Position numbers and translations under genes: made by a program
Notes under the pieces: model-generated
Databases searched by the model: none
What the model was told of the DNA's origin: nothing
Seen by the model: only the letters and a program-made list of their open reading frames with translations
DNA from: Salinispira sp.
GTDB lineage: Bacteria > Spirochaetota > Spirochaetia > DSM-27196 > Salinispiraceae
Assembly: GCA_965226555.1 (NCBI GenBank)
Contig: CBDDDG010000021.1
Span: 320,001-384,000, forward strand
Direction of reading: 5' to 3'
DNA: 64,000 nucleotides
Shown here: in pieces, positions 11,160-22,495 of the stretch
Layout: each line of letters begins with the position of its first letter
Numbering within the stretch: the stretch's first letter is position 1

Positions 11160-12308
11160 ATGGCGGAAAAAAATCCCTCAAGAAAGCCGGGAAAAAAACT
11201 AAGCAGCAAAACGAGCAAAACCAGCGGGCGCAAGCCAACGCGCAAACACGGGCGCAAGCCAACACTCAGCCCAACGCGCAAACACGGGCGCAAAGGAAGC
11301 GCGAGCAATGGCGACACGATAATACGGATACTTATTATCCTTGTCATCATCGTTCTCGCCGCTCTCTTATTCAGTCTCATTTTCAGCCCTGGATTTTTCG
11401 GATCAGAAACTGCTTCTGAACCCAATCCATACCCCGAACCGCAGATACCGCTGCCTGCCGATCCATCTGCCGAACAATACCCCGAACACATACCATTCTC
11501 CGAACAATATCCCGATCCCCAACCCAACGGCGATCAGCCGGCAGCAGAAAAATCAGCAGAAAATCAGCTGCCGAAAAAATCAGCAGAAAAATCAGCAGAA
11601 AATGCGCCGGCAGCAGAAAAACTACCCCCCGCCGGCGAAGTACCATTACTCATTATCGTCATCGATGATGTTGGCTATAATCTGGAAGATGTGGATGCCT
11701 TTCTTGAAATACCCATTCCTGTTACCTTTGCAGTTTTACCGCAGGTTACCTATTCCGATGAAGCAGCTGTCCACATAGCAGAAGCCGGACAGGAATTGAT
11801 CCTTCATCTTCCTATGGAAAGTAGAACCGGACAGTTCCCGGGCCCCGGAACCCTTACCGAGGAAATGTCCGATGCGGAATTAATGAATCTCATACAGGAA
11901 AACAGCCGTACTGTCCCGGGGATAGTCGGCATTAATAATCATATGGGGAGTAAGGGCAGCGAAGACAGGCGCATAGTATCTGCGGTACTTGAATTTGCGC
12001 AGCAGAATTCCCTGTTTTTTCTCGATTCCCGAACAACGGCGAACACTGTTATCCCTGAGCTCATTCCCGACTACGGCATAGCCTTTGCCGAACGAGATGT
12101 GTTTCTCGATAATAGCAAAATACGGAGCGACATTGCCGATTCGATGGAAACGGGAAAGAACGTTGCCCGGGAACAGGGCTATGCTGTTCTCATAGGGCAT
12201 GTCGGAACCCGTGAACTGGCTCAGTTTCTTTTGGAAGAATACAGCGGCATAATTTCTGAAGGTTTTGAGTTTGCGGCGCTCAGTAGTCTCTTTTCAGGAG
12301 AAAAATAA
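11160..12308 (+). CDS. Divergent polysaccharide deacetylase family protein
   Basis: IVIDDVG, ILHLPME, GINNHMGS, FLDSRTT, RDVFLDN, IGH; N-terminal TM helix. Confidence 0.9.
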   Translation: MAEKNPSRKPGKKLSSKTSKTSGRKPTRKHGRKPTLSPTRKHGRKGSASNGDTIIRILIILVIIVLAALLFSLIFSPGFFGSETASEPNPYPEPQIPLPADPSAEQYPEHIPFSEQYPDPQPNGDQPAAEKSAENQLPKKSAEKSAENAPAAEKLPPAGEVPLLIIVIDDVGYNLEDVDAFLEIPIPVTFAVLPQVTYSDEAAVHIAEAGQELILHLPMESRTGQFPGPGTLTEEMSDAELMNLIQENSRTVPGIVGINNHMGSKGSEDRRIVSAVLEFAQQNSLFFLDSRTTANTVIPELIPDYGIAFAERDVFLDNSKIRSDIADSMETGKNVAREQGYAVLIGHVGTRELAQFLLEEYSGIISEGFEFAALSSLFSGEK

Positions 12309-13372
12309 TGCTGATTCTCGGCATAGAAACCTCATGCGATGAATGTTCCTGCGCTCTTGTTCGGGATGGCCGCGCAATTATCTCCCACATTGTTGCTACG
12401 CAGATGCGTTTTCATCGGCCCTATAAAGGAGTGGTGCCGGAAATAGCAGCCCGTAAACACATTGAAATGATTCTTCCGGTATTTGAGCACTGTATGAGAG
12501 AGGCGGAAGAACAGGGAATTACTCTTTCCGAAATTGATGGTATAGGTGTTACGTCCTGCCCGGGGCTCAGCGGCAGTCTGGCGGTCGGGCTGGGCTTTGC
12601 CAAGGGGCTTGCGCTCACATTACAGCGGCCATTTATTGGTATAAACCATATACTGGCGCATTTTTATGCGCCGCGCATGGGTTCCGACATACCGTATCCT
12701 CATTTGGGTTTGTTGGTATCGGGAGGGCATACGATCATTTCAAAAATAATGGACTATGATGATCTGGAAATTCTGGGAACGACCATCGATGATGCCTGCG
12801 GAGAGGCCTTCGATAAGGTGGCCAGACATTTTGATCTTGGGTATCCCGGCGGAAAAATTATTGATGACTTAGCAAAAAAAGGGAACGATACGGCATTTAC
12901 CTTTCCCTTTGCCAACTTATCCAAGCGGGGAAAGAACTATGCTGTTTCATATTCAGGTCTTAAAAATGCTGTTATTAATCAACGGGATCGGTTTTGGGAC
13001 GGTAAAAGTACACAGAGTGTCGAAAACATTTGCGCCAGCTTTCAGCGTGTGGCAATTGACAGTGTATTACGAAAACTTGATCAGGCAGTCAACGATACCG
13101 GTCTGAAAACAGTGGTTGTGGGGGGCGGGGTTGCCGCAAACAGTTATCTTCGCATGGCTCTTGGTTCCCGTCATGGCGATCATCGTGAATCCCGTTCGGA
13201 ATCTCGCCCGGAATTTCGGCGCGGCTATCGGGCATATTTTCCTTCACTGAAATTGTGTACCGACAATGGCGCCATGGTCGCAGGCCTTGCATATCATTAC
13301 CTGAAAAACGGTAAAACCAGCGCCATGGATCATGGAGTATCTGCCCGTGTTAATGCCTTCCGATTTCAGTAG
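12308..13372 (+). CDS. tsaD: tRNA N6-threonylcarbamoyltransferase
   Basis: ILGIETSCDE, GVVPEIAAR.H, VSGGHT, DDACGEAFDK, GGGVAAN, CTDNGAM. Confidence 0.96.
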   Translation: MLILGIETSCDECSCALVRDGRAIISHIVATQMRFHRPYKGVVPEIAARKHIEMILPVFEHCMREAEEQGITLSEIDGIGVTSCPGLSGSLAVGLGFAKGLALTLQRPFIGINHILAHFYAPRMGSDIPYPHLGLLVSGGHTIISKIMDYDDLEILGTTIDDACGEAFDKVARHFDLGYPGGKIIDDLAKKGNDTAFTFPFANLSKRGKNYAVSYSGLKNAVINQRDRFWDGKSTQSVENICASFQRVAIDSVLRKLDQAVNDTGLKTVVVGGGVAANSYLRMALGSRHGDHRESRSESRPEFRRGYRAYFPSLKLCTDNGAMVAGLAYHYLKNGKTSAMDHGVSARVNAFRFQ

Positions 13373-13450
13373 GCAGTGAGCGGGGGCGGCGGCATCAGCG
13401 CAAGCATCACAGGCCGTAATGCCTTCCGATTTCAGTAGGCAGTGAGCGGG
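13351..13450 (+). repeat. Two identical 34-bp direct repeats (13351-13384, 13417-13450) with a 32-bp spacer
   Basis: taatgccttccgatttcagtaggcagtgagcggg x2, including the tsaD stop codon. Confidence 0.9.
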
Positions 13451-13548
13451 AAAAAGTGTAATATGAAGAAGTGTCGTAAGATGCGCTGTTGTTTATGGCA
13501 TATCGAACTGACCCTGAGCATCGGGTCAGATACATACTGGGAGCTATT

Positions 13549-14079
13549 ATGGACCTGAAAACATTCGATGAGGCGATCCGGCGAATTTGGAATTTCCCCA
13601 AACCAGGGATCAATTTTTATGACATTACCAGTGTCCTTGGCAATGCGGAGGCTTTCCGATTCACTATTGATCGTATTACTCAATGGAGCGGGGAATTACA
13701 GGTAGATGTTGTTGTTGGTGTGGAAGCCAGAGGATTTATTTTTGCGGCGCCGGTGGCTGAGAAGAGGGGTATTCCGCTGATACTTGCCCGAAAGAAGGGT
13801 AAGCTCCCCGGTGAGGTGTGGTGCCAGGATTATGATCTGGAATATGGGGTAGATGCAATTTGTATTCAGAAGTCGGATATCCCCGAAGGCAGCAGGGTAC
13901 TCCTCGTTGATGATCTTATTGCAACTGGAGGAACATTTAAGGCAACGGCGGCAATTGTTGAGAAGAAAATGCATTCTACCGTCGCAGGATTCACTGCGGT
14001 CATCGGACTTCCTGCCCTTGGCTATGAGAAAGTTTTAACAACTGCGCCCATCTATACGATCATTAATTTCACGCAGTGA
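13549..14079 (+). CDS. apt: Adenine phosphoribosyltransferase
   Basis: FPKPGI.FYDIT, EARGFIF, RKKGKLP, YDLEYG, VDDLIATGGT. Confidence 0.96.
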   Translation: MDLKTFDEAIRRIWNFPKPGINFYDITSVLGNAEAFRFTIDRITQWSGELQVDVVVGVEARGFIFAAPVAEKRGIPLILARKKGKLPGEVWCQDYDLEYGVDAICIQKSDIPEGSRVLLVDDLIATGGTFKATAAIVEKKMHSTVAGFTAVIGLPALGYEKVLTTAPIYTIINFTQ

Positions 14080-14195
14080 AATTTTTGCAGTGAAAGTTTT
14101 GCTCCTGGAAATTGCGTAAGCAATTTTCCGAGGCAAAACTTTCTATGATGAGAGAATCCTCATTGGAAAATTGTGCAGAGCACAATTTTTGCAGT
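14078..14195. repeat. AT-rich palindromic repeat (two modules)
   Basis: ctggaaattgcgtaagcaattttccgaggcaaaact; cattggaaaattgtgcagagcacaatttt. Confidence 0.75.
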
Positions 14196-14224
14196 AAATA
14201 CATGGATACGCGCGCCGATGAAAA

Positions 14225-14253
14225 TTGACAGAGCCGCGGTTTTCTGCTATCGT
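14225..14253 (+). promoter_or_regulatory. Sigma70-like promoter of tRNA-Gln
   Basis: TTGACA-17 bp-TATCGT with TG extension. Confidence 0.6.
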
Positions 14254-14264
14254 TTGCGCATTAT

Positions 14265-14336
14265 TTCCCGGTGGTGTAATTGGTAACACTACAGATTCTG
14301 GTTCTGTCGTTGGGGGTTCAAGTCCTCCCCGGGAAG
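14265..14336 (+). tRNA. tRNA-Gln(CTG)
   Basis: Acceptor ttcccgg/ccgggaa; anticodon arm acaga-ttCTGgt-tctgt; T-loop gttcaag; CCA not encoded. Confidence 0.93.
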
Positions 14337-14343
14337 ATCATTG

Positions 14344-14396
14344 AAACTTTTGCATTGGAAAATTCTGCTTGCACAATTTCCAGTAACAAAATTTTC
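14344..14396. repeat. AT-rich palindromic repeat
   Basis: ttttgcattggaaaattctgcttgcacaatttccagtaacaaaa. Confidence 0.8.
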
Positions 14397-14442
14397 TCAT
14401 TGTGTTTTTAATTTCTGAAAGCTACTTCGGGAGGGGCAGAGC

Positions 14443-15654
14443 TTGAGAGAACGAGTATGGTTAGTCCTCGCAGATGGCGAGGTTTTCAAAGGGAGGGGAT
14501 TCGGACATCCCGCTCCCTTTGCCGATAGTCTTGGAAAGAATGATTATGCCGGTATCGGCGAGGTCGTATTTAATACTGCGATGGTCGGATATCCTGAAGT
14601 TCTTACCGATCCATCGTACACAGGGCAAATTGTTGCCATGACCTATCCGCACATCGGTAACTATGGCGTGAATGAGGCATGGAGCGAAAGCGGCCCGACC
14701 GGCACTTCTCATGCGGATCGGCGTCCGGTAAAGGTTGCCGGTTTCATACTTCGAAAACTCTATCCCGGACCTATTCCCGCAGGACGGCAGACCCTGCATG
14801 CCTACCTCCATGAACATTCCATACCCGGTATCAGTGATGTTGATACCCGATCCCTCACATTACGGCTCAGGAAACAGGGAAGTATAAACGGTATTCTTGT
14901 TCAATCCGGCAATTCTTTTCTCAGTGAATCTGAACTGTCTGCTGCGCTGAACTGTCTGAATACCTTTCCGTCCATGGAGGGCCGTAATCTTCTTTCCGCG
15001 GTCGGCAGCCGTGAAATTGTTCCTCCATCCGCATTCTCCGCCCCCGCCGCCGTTTCAGCCGCCGCCGACACCGACCGAAACAATGCCGATATCAGTCTTG
15101 CTCTGTACGATTGCGGGATCAAGGCGAACATTATCCGTGAATTTAAGAACATTTCCTGCGTGCCGACAGTGTATCCGTCAACAGCCTCAGTTTCGGAAAT
15201 CCTTGCCGGAAATCATCACGCGCTCATGGTTTCAAACGGCCCCGGCGATCCTCAAACGCTGGATTATCAAATTCAGACGGTAAAAAAACTTATCGGAAAA
15301 ATTCCCATATTCGGTATTTGTCTCGGACATCAGATTATTGCTGAGGCACTCGGAGCAAAAATTTACAAAATGAAGTTCGGGCATCACGGCATTAACCATC
15401 CGGTTCGCGATGAACGGAGTAAGAAGGTATTTGTTACCAGTCAGAATCACGGGTTTGCGGTGGATGAGGGGAGCCTGCCGGCTTCTACAGAGATCTGGTT
15501 CAGAAATGCGAACGACCAGAGTAATGAAGGCATTAGAAATGATGATCTTGCAGTGTTAAGTGTTCAATTTCATCCTGAAAGCGCTCCGGGGCCATATGAT
15601 TCCCGTTGGATATTTACGGAATTTCTCACTGCTATTCCGATGAAAACTTCATAA
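14443..15654 (+). CDS. carA: Carbamoyl-phosphate synthase small subunit
   Basis: [40 protein letters not shown]. Confidence 0.97.
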   Translation: MRERVWLVLADGEVFKGRGFGHPAPFADSLGKNDYAGIGEVVFNTAMVGYPEVLTDPSYTGQIVAMTYPHIGNYGVNEAWSESGPTGTSHADRRPVKVAGFILRKLYPGPIPAGRQTLHAYLHEHSIPGISDVDTRSLTLRLRKQGSINGILVQSGNSFLSESELSAALNCLNTFPSMEGRNLLSAVGSREIVPPSAFSAPAAVSAAADTDRNNADISLALYDCGIKANIIREFKNISCVPTVYPSTASVSEILAGNHHALMVSNGPGDPQTLDYQIQTVKKLIGKIPIFGICLGHQIIAEALGAKIYKMKFGHHGINHPVRDERSKKVFVTSQNHGFAVDEGSLPASTEIWFRNANDQSNEGIRNDDLAVLSVQFHPESAPGPYDSRWIFTEFLTAIPMKTS

Positions 15655-15665
15655 AGGAAGCTGAT

Positions 15666-18600
15666 ATGCCCGCGAGAAAAGATATACAAAAAATACTTAT
15701 TCTGGGATCAGGCCCCATTGTCATTGGCCAGGCCTGCGAATTTGATTACTCAGGAAATCAGGCTGTCAGGGCGCTTAAAGAAGAAGGATATACTATTGTA
15801 CTTCTGAACCCCAACCCCGCCACCATAATGACAACCCCCGGCATAGCAGATGCAATTTACATGGATCCGCTTGAACTCGCCTATGTTGAAAAAATAATTG
15901 CGCATGAGAAGCCCGATGCGGTTCTGCCGACCATGGGCGGGCAAACAGCGCTGAACCTCGCTCTGGAAATGGAAAAAGCAGGGCTTTTCAAAAAGTATGA
16001 CATTGAACTTCTCGGGGCAAAGATCGAAAGCATTGAGCTTGCAGAGGACCGCGGCAAGTTCAAAATTCTTATGAACAGCATTGGACTCGAAAGCGCCCGC
16101 TCGGTAATTGCATCTGATCTCCATACCGCCCTGAGCTTTGCCGAAAAACAAGGCCTTCCCCTTATTGTTCGTCCAAGCTACACCTTGGGCGGAAAGGGCG
16201 GCAGCATAGTTGAGAAGAAGGAAGACCTTGTACCTGTTATTACCCGCGCCTTTGATGAAAGTCCTGTTCATCAGGCACTCATTGAGGAGAGCCTTCTGGG
16301 TTGGCAGGAATTTGAAATGGAAGTTATGAGAGATAGCGCGGATAATGCTGTTGTCATATGTTCCATTGAAAATGTTGATCCAATGGGAATACACACCGGC
16401 GATTCCATTACTGTTGCCCCTGTTCAAACGCTGTCGGATCAGGAATATCAGCGTATGCGCACAGCCTCCATTGCCATTCTCCGAGCGGTGGGTGTTGACT
16501 GCGGGGGATCGAACGTACAATTCGCGTATAATCCTGCGAATGGCCGTATGATTGTTATTGAAATGAACCCCCGGGTAAGCCGTTCCTCTGCGCTTGCCTC
16601 CAAGGCAACAGGTTTTCCCATTGCCCGCTGTTCCGCGAAACTTGCCGTTGGATATACGCTTGATGAGATTGTTAATGAAATTACCGGAAAAACAGTGAGT
16701 TGTTTTGAACCATCTCTCGATTATGCAGCGGTGAAAGTTCCCCGATTTGAATTGGAAAAATTCCCCCAGGGATATAATCAACTCGGTACGCAGATGAAGA
16801 GTGTTGGAGAATCTCTGGGGCTTGGCCGTTCATATAATGAGGCTCTGAACAAGGCTCTGCGCTCCTGTGAGCTCGGTGTTCAGGGGCTTGATGATCTCGA
16901 TACATACAGCGATGAGGAAGTAGACGATCTTATTTCCCGCCTTCATCCGAAGCGTATTTTTGCCGCGTACACAAAAATCCTGCGCGCCTGCCGTGCCGCA
17001 AATATCACCGCAACATCCACCGCAGACCCCGCCGATACCTCAGAGCTTCCTGAGTCCCTCCACAGAGTGATCCGTGAAATATCCGAAAAAAGCGGATACT
17101 CTCTCTGGGTTCTCTACAATATGTGTGAACTGGCGAAGATTGAACAGCACATTACGACAGAATTGAATCCAGACATTATGCTGGAAGCCAAACGATCCGG
17201 ACTCTCTGATGAACGTATTGCCACACTCAGGGGCTGCGGCAGTGAGGATATAGGGAAATATCGGGAAGAGAACAACATTCATGCCTGCTATCATTTTGTC
17301 GATACCTGCTCGGGTGAATTTGAAGCCGAAACGCCCTATTTCTATTCAAGCTGGGGAGAAATAAATGAAGCAGCGCCCCTCGGAAACAATGCGGTTATCA
17401 TTCTGGGTTCCGGGCCAAACCGGATTGGCCAGGGACTTGAGTTTGATACCTGCTGTACGCTTTCAAGCCTGAGTTATCAGAAACGCGGAAAGAAAACCAT
17501 TATCATTAATTCAAACCCGGAAACAGTCTCCACCGATTTTAACGTTTCCGACCGGCTCTACATGGAGCCCCTTGTTTTTGAAGACGTAAAGGAAATTCTG
17601 AACACTGAAAGTGTGCGGGATATTATTGTACAGCTTGGCGGCCAAACGCCATTGAATATGGCAAGGCAGTTGCATGAATGGGGCGCGCGCATTGTCGGAA
17701 CATCCATTGAGAACATTGAACACGCTGAAGATCGGAAATTTTTCTCTGAATTTCTCAGAAAAATCGGTCTGCGGCAACCTGAGAACCGCAGCGCGACACA
17801 TCTTGATCAGGTCGAAAAATGTGCCGAGGAAATTGCCTATCCGGTACTTCTGCGCCCGAGTTATGTTCTCGGGGGACGCAGTATGGTCATTGCCTTCAAT
17901 AAAGAGGAAGTGAAGGGATTTTTAAAGCAGGATATCAATGTCAGCCCGGAGAAACCGATCCTTGTGGATAAATTTTTAGAAGACGCCTTCGAGTATGATG
18001 TCGATGCCATCTGTGACGGTGAATGTGTGTATATTGCGGGAATCATGCAGCATATTGAATCGGCAGGTATACATTCAGGCGATTCAGGCTGCATATTCCC
18101 CCCGTACAAAACAAGCCCTGAAATGGAAAAAGAAATAATTGATGCGACAGTTCGTATTGCTCTTGGAATTGAGATAAACGGTTTTCTCAACATTCAATTT
18201 GCCGTCAAAGATCATGTACTGTTTGTTCTCGAAGTAAACCCCCGCGCCAGCCGTACTGTTCCATTCATTTCCAAGGCCAGCGGCATCAATCTTGTTGAAT
18301 CGGCGGTACGCATCTGGGAAGGGCAGAATTTGAGGGAGCAAGGTCTTGTAGCAAAAGATTCGATATATGGCATTGGTACATGTCAGACAGGATGGGCAGT
18401 TAAAGAGGCCATGTTCAGTTTTGACCGCTTTCACAACATTGATCCCCTGCTGGGCCCGGAAATGAAATCGACGGGGGAAGTTATTGGTCTCGGCAGCAGT
18501 TTCGGAGAAGCATTTGCCAAGGCAACTCTTGCTACAGGAACACGGCTTTCGCTCAGGGGCTGCGCCTTTGTTTCAGTTCATGATGCCGATAAGGAAGCGA

Positions 18601-18947
18601 GTATCGCCATTGTGAAAGACCTTGTTGAGCTGGGTTTTGAGATAATGGCAAGCAGGGGAACAGCTGAGTATCTCTTTAAGGCAGGTATTCTATCCGCTGT
18701 TGTATTGAAGCACTATGAGGGGCATCCAAATGCCATAGACTATCTTGAGGCGGGAAAAATTGATCTTATTATCAATACGCCGCTGGGCCGCTTTACTCAG
18801 GCTGAGGATACTGTGTTTCGCATCACGACAATGCGGTACAAGGTGCCGTATACAACAACTATCTCAGCAGCTCAGGCAATGGTCGAAGCTATACGATATC
18901 TGAAGAAAGGGAAGGTGAGTGTTCAATCACTTCCGCAGAATGCCTGA
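15666..18947 (+). CDS. carB: Carbamoyl-phosphate synthase large subunit
   Basis: [43 protein letters not shown]. Confidence 0.98.
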   Translation: MPARKDIQKILILGSGPIVIGQACEFDYSGNQAVRALKEEGYTIVLLNPNPATIMTTPGIADAIYMDPLELAYVEKIIAHEKPDAVLPTMGGQTALNLALEMEKAGLFKKYDIELLGAKIESIELAEDRGKFKILMNSIGLESARSVIASDLHTALSFAEKQGLPLIVRPSYTLGGKGGSIVEKKEDLVPVITRAFDESPVHQALIEESLLGWQEFEMEVMRDSADNAVVICSIENVDPMGIHTGDSITVAPVQTLSDQEYQRMRTASIAILRAVGVDCGGSNVQFAYNPANGRMIVIEMNPRVSRSSALASKATGFPIARCSAKLAVGYTLDEIVNEITGKTVSCFEPSLDYAAVKVPRFELEKFPQGYNQLGTQMKSVGESLGLGRSYNEALNKALRSCELGVQGLDDLDTYSDEEVDDLISRLHPKRIFAAYTKILRACRAANITATSTADPADTSELPESLHRVIREISEKSGYSLWVLYNMCELAKIEQHITTELNPDIMLEAKRSGLSDERIATLRGCGSEDIGKYREENNIHACYHFVDTCSGEFEAETPYFYSSWGEINEAAPLGNNAVIILGSGPNRIGQGLEFDTCCTLSSLSYQKRGKKTIIINSNPETVSTDFNVSDRLYMEPLVFEDVKEILNTESVRDIIVQLGGQTPLNMARQLHEWGARIVGTSIENIEHAEDRKFFSEFLRKIGLRQPENRSATHLDQVEKCAEEIAYPVLLRPSYVLGGRSMVIAFNKEEVKGFLKQDINVSPEKPILVDKFLEDAFEYDVDAICDGECVYIAGIMQHIESAGIHSGDSGCIFPPYKTSPEMEKEIIDATVRIALGIEINGFLNIQFAVKDHVLFVLEVNPRASRTVPFISKASGINLVESAVRIWEGQNLREQGLVAKDSIYGIGTCQTGWAVKEAMFSFDRFHNIDPLLGPEMKSTGEVIGLGSSFGEAFAKATLATGTRLSLRGCAFVSVHDADKEASIAIVKDLVELGFEIMASRGTAEYLFKAGILSAVVLKHYEGHPNAIDYLEAGKIDLIINTPLGRFTQAEDTVFRITTMRYKVPYTTTISAAQAMVEAIRYLKKGKVSVQSLPQNA

Positions 18948-18968
18948 TGCGATATGAACTGATGCGAT

Positions 18969-19766
18969 ATGAATGTTGATTCAGCCTTGAAAATTTTACA
19001 TGTTTCGGAAGCGGCTACCTATGATGAGGTCAATGCCTCATATCGCAGGCTCCTCAAGGAATATCACCCCGATAAAAATCGGGAACGCAGCGAATGGTCC
19101 CATAGAATGACCATTCGGCTCACTGAAGCATTCAAGGCGGTAAGCGCTCATCTCCGGAAAAAACCGGAAAAAATCATATCCGATAAGTTTACCGAACCCA
19201 ATTCAGGGTATGGTCTCTATAGTCTCTCCATGCAGGCCCGTATTGCCGCTCTCTACGACAGCTTACTTGAGCATCTTTACAAATACTATTCTGAAGGAAT
19301 GCATAATCTGTATCTCCGTGAAGAGGGAACGCTCCGGCAGCATTACAAGCTTACCCTGCGCCGGATGGAACAAACAATACATGATTTGCGGGGCACGCAG
19401 AAATGGCAGGGAAGCGCGCATCAACATCATCAGGCAAAAATTATTACCAATTTTGCTATTTCGTTTTATGAAAATATGCGTATAAAACCTCGGAAACAGG
19501 AAGTCGGAACTCATCTCAATCTCAAAGCAGAGAAACTTTACAATGCCGGCACATTGGCGCTCGATACATCAATAAAACGGGGAATGCTGACACTTGAACA
19601 CATACAGGGTCTCATATGCCCCGCAGCCCGATACCAAGCAGAACAGAATTTCATTCTGCTTCTGACCAAATACTATGATAGCCCCTATGTTTCTGATACT
19701 CTGGTGAAATTGTCACTGCTGAAAGTCTTTTCGGCATTGTGCGAACAGCTTGAAACATCTCTCTAG
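18969..19766 (+). CDS. J-domain (DnaJ-like) protein
   Basis: N-terminal YRRLLKEYHPDKN. Confidence 0.85.
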   Translation: MNVDSALKILHVSEAATYDEVNASYRRLLKEYHPDKNRERSEWSHRMTIRLTEAFKAVSAHLRKKPEKIISDKFTEPNSGYGLYSLSMQARIAALYDSLLEHLYKYYSEGMHNLYLREEGTLRQHYKLTLRRMEQTIHDLRGTQKWQGSAHQHHQAKIITNFAISFYENMRIKPRKQEVGTHLNLKAEKLYNAGTLALDTSIKRGMLTLEHIQGLICPAARYQAEQNFILLLTKYYDSPYVSDTLVKLSLLKVFSALCEQLETSL

Positions 19767-19844
19767 TTTCTCATATCACGAGCAGGCAGACACGAAAACG
19801 CTGACAAAAACCGGCAGAAAACCAACAGAAAACCGGAATTTTCC

Positions 19845-22463
19845 TCAGCCCTGATCTTCGTTCTTCAGATTCATCTGGGCTATTGCAAGCTTTGCAATGG
19901 GTATTCCATACGGTGAAACAGAAACATAATCCAGTCCGGTTTCGGCAATAAAGTCAATGTTCCGTGGTTCGGCGCCATGTTCTCCGCAAAGACCGAGTTT
20001 AAGATCGGGTCGGGTCATCCTTCCTCGAAGTGTTGCGATGCCAATAAGCGATTGTATCTGAGGCTGCAATACCTGAAAGGGATTATCAGGAAGAATGTCA
20101 AGTTCTGTATAGTCTGAAAAGAAGGTATTGAAGTCATCACGCGATAAGCCGTAGGTTGTCTGAGTAAGATCATTCGTGCCGAATGAGAAAAAATCGGCGT
20201 ACTTGGAAATTTCCGAAGCATCAAGGGCAGCAGCAGGGAGTTCAATCATCGTTCCGACAAGGTAGTCGAGTTTGCCGCTTTTATATTTCTTTCTTACTGT
20301 TTCTTCAATTTCTGCAATACTGAGAATGGTTTTTCCTTCCATACGCTTTCCGTTTCGCATGACCTTAAGTTCATGTTTATTCATTATGAGGGGTATCATA
20401 ATTTCAGGACGGGGATCTTTCCCTTCTTTTTTCAGTTGATACGCAGCTTCAAAAATCGACTTTATCTGCATCTGATAAATTTCAGGATATGACATGGCAA
20501 TGCGAACACCGCGATGTCCAAGCATGGGATTAAACTCATCAAGCAATTCAGTCCGTTCAGCAATGGCAGCGGAGGTGAGACCAACTCCATCGGTTTTAGC
20601 CTGCTTCACAAAATTCTGCATGGCGGTTTTACCGTGAGGCAGGAATTCATGGAGCGGGGCATCAAGGAGCCGGATGGTTACCGGGAAGGAATCCATTATT
20701 TTAAAGAGCCGGTAAAAATCCTGGGTCTGATCTTTTGCAAGGCTATCCAGAATTTTAATACGCATTTTTTTATCTTCTGTGAAAATCATATAACGGAAAC
20801 GATTAATTCTCGATTCATCGAAGAACATATGTTCGGTTCTGCACAGACCAATTCCATGAGCATTGAATTTTTTTGCAAGTTCCGCATCCCGCGGCTGATC
20901 TGCATTAGCATGCACATCCATATTCCCGATATGATTCTGCACAACTTCAAGAAATTCAAGAAGTCCGCTGTCTTCCAATACTGGTTTGGTAAGTGCTCCC
21001 TTACCGATATAGAGCATGGGTTCCTCATAATAGGGAACATTCATGGTCAGATAATCGCCTTCTTTAATAGTTTGTTCGCCTATTATCATGGAATTTTTTT
21101 TGAAAACGGCATTCGGCAGTACAAGGGCAACCTTTCCAAGACTGCGGGCAACCACCGGCGCATGGGAAGCATATCCCCCCTCCGAGGTGAGTACTCCCTG
21201 AGCGAGTTCAATGGCCTTAACATCTCCGGCAAAGGTGGAGGGCATGGCCAGTATCATATGTGTGTCGTCTCCGGCAAGTTGGGCCTGACGGTAGGCAGTA
21301 ACGAGGTTTTCAGCATTAAAATAAACCTTTCCTATGGCGGCGCCTATGGCTCCTGCAATACCTCCCTGCTGTTCGTCAAATTTTTTTACGGAATTTAGGT
21401 CAAGAACAGAGTGAAGAATTTCGGAGATCCGTCCGGGTTTAACTTTTTTGATGATGTAGCGTGAATCAATGACCTTTTCCTGAAGCAGATCAAGGAGGGT
21501 CTTAATTTCAGCCTGAGCTGATTTATTGGGGACAGATGACTGATCAACCAACCATAGTTTCTCGGCTTCAATAGCAAAACGCACCCAGCGCAATTCCTTA
21601 TAATAATACTCAAGCTTTCGCGCAAGTTCCTTCAATATTTTTGTGTTTTTTTCATCAAGTTTACTTATGTCCCTTCCCTTAGTGGATTTTTCATCGTATG
21701 ATTCGGGAAAAAATTCTCCTTGGAGTGTATGTTTTCCGCTTATGATGTGGTGTGTGTAGAAGTATCCGGTAGCACTTTTTTCCTGCATGTTTCCATAGAC
21801 CATTGCCTGAACCATGAGAGCAGAATCGTTCGTTGTCGGGCTTTTTTGAAATACTTTATGGAATTGTTGGATTATGTACTCAAGTTGAAAAAATGGGTTG
21901 GTATAGAATTTTTCAGGGAGAACATCCGTAAAAGATTCAATGGACCTGGTAATACCTGCCTTTGACCTTGTCTTTGCCAGCGCCCTAGCATAGGCCTCAA
22001 TTCTGGAAGTTTCTGATGTATCATCACATATAATATTATTCAGTTTTAGTATGCAATTAATAAGATAGGCATATTCTCCATATGCGAATTTTTCATTGGT
22101 TATCTGCGCAATGGCTTCCACTGCGTCAGTGGTGAGTCCAACATGATGAATTGACGGAAGAGCACTTTGAATGTTGAGCATGGGACTTTCAACAATTTTC
22201 AGCAGGAGCAGATTATTCTTGTGACCATAGCCCTTACCCATAATTTTTTCGATCTGGGTGATGGCCTTTTTTGTTGGATCAAGCATATCCTTGGGTGTAT
22301 CGACAAAGGCCTGTGCCATTTCGGGAGTGATAATAAAACCCGGACAGATCGGCATATCAAGTTCCGCAAGGAAAACTGCCCTGATTCCACGGCTGCCAAG
22401 GATATCCCGATGCTTCAGGGCATCACTGTTTTTTGCGCATCCAAATGAAATAGGTGTACTCAT
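19845..22463 (-). CDS. ppdK: Pyruvate phosphate dikinase-like PEP-utilising protein
   Basis: SHAPVVAR phospho-His motif, GIGLCRTEHMFF, E.NPMLGHRG, FSFGTNDLTQ, CGEHG; N-terminal domain divergent. Confidence 0.85.
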   Translation of the reverse strand: MSTPISFGCAKNSDALKHRDILGSRGIRAVFLAELDMPICPGFIITPEMAQAFVDTPKDMLDPTKKAITQIEKIMGKGYGHKNNLLLLKIVESPMLNIQSALPSIHHVGLTTDAVEAIAQITNEKFAYGEYAYLINCILKLNNIICDDTSETSRIEAYARALAKTRSKAGITRSIESFTDVLPEKFYTNPFFQLEYIIQQFHKVFQKSPTTNDSALMVQAMVYGNMQEKSATGYFYTHHIISGKHTLQGEFFPESYDEKSTKGRDISKLDEKNTKILKELARKLEYYYKELRWVRFAIEAEKLWLVDQSSVPNKSAQAEIKTLLDLLQEKVIDSRYIIKKVKPGRISEILHSVLDLNSVKKFDEQQGGIAGAIGAAIGKVYFNAENLVTAYRQAQLAGDDTHMILAMPSTFAGDVKAIELAQGVLTSEGGYASHAPVVARSLGKVALVLPNAVFKKNSMIIGEQTIKEGDYLTMNVPYYEEPMLYIGKGALTKPVLEDSGLLEFLEVVQNHIGNMDVHANADQPRDAELAKKFNAHGIGLCRTEHMFFDESRINRFRYMIFTEDKKMRIKILDSLAKDQTQDFYRLFKIMDSFPVTIRLLDAPLHEFLPHGKTAMQNFVKQAKTDGVGLTSAAIAERTELLDEFNPMLGHRGVRIAMSYPEIYQMQIKSIFEAAYQLKKEGKDPRPEIMIPLIMNKHELKVMRNGKRMEGKTILSIAEIEETVRKKYKSGKLDYLVGTMIELPAAALDASEISKYADFFSFGTNDLTQTTYGLSRDDFNTFFSDYTELDILPDNPFQVLQPQIQSLIGIATLRGRMTRPDLKLGLCGEHGAEPRNIDFIAETGLDYVSVSPYGIPIAKLAIAQMNLKNEDQG

Positions 22464-22495
22464 GCTGTCGGTCTCCTCATCTTTATGACGATGTA

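Noticed and set aside
13351..13450. Mini-CRISPR array
   Set aside because: Only two repeats, the repeat is tsaD coding sequence, and there is no leader or cas gene; kept as a duplication finding
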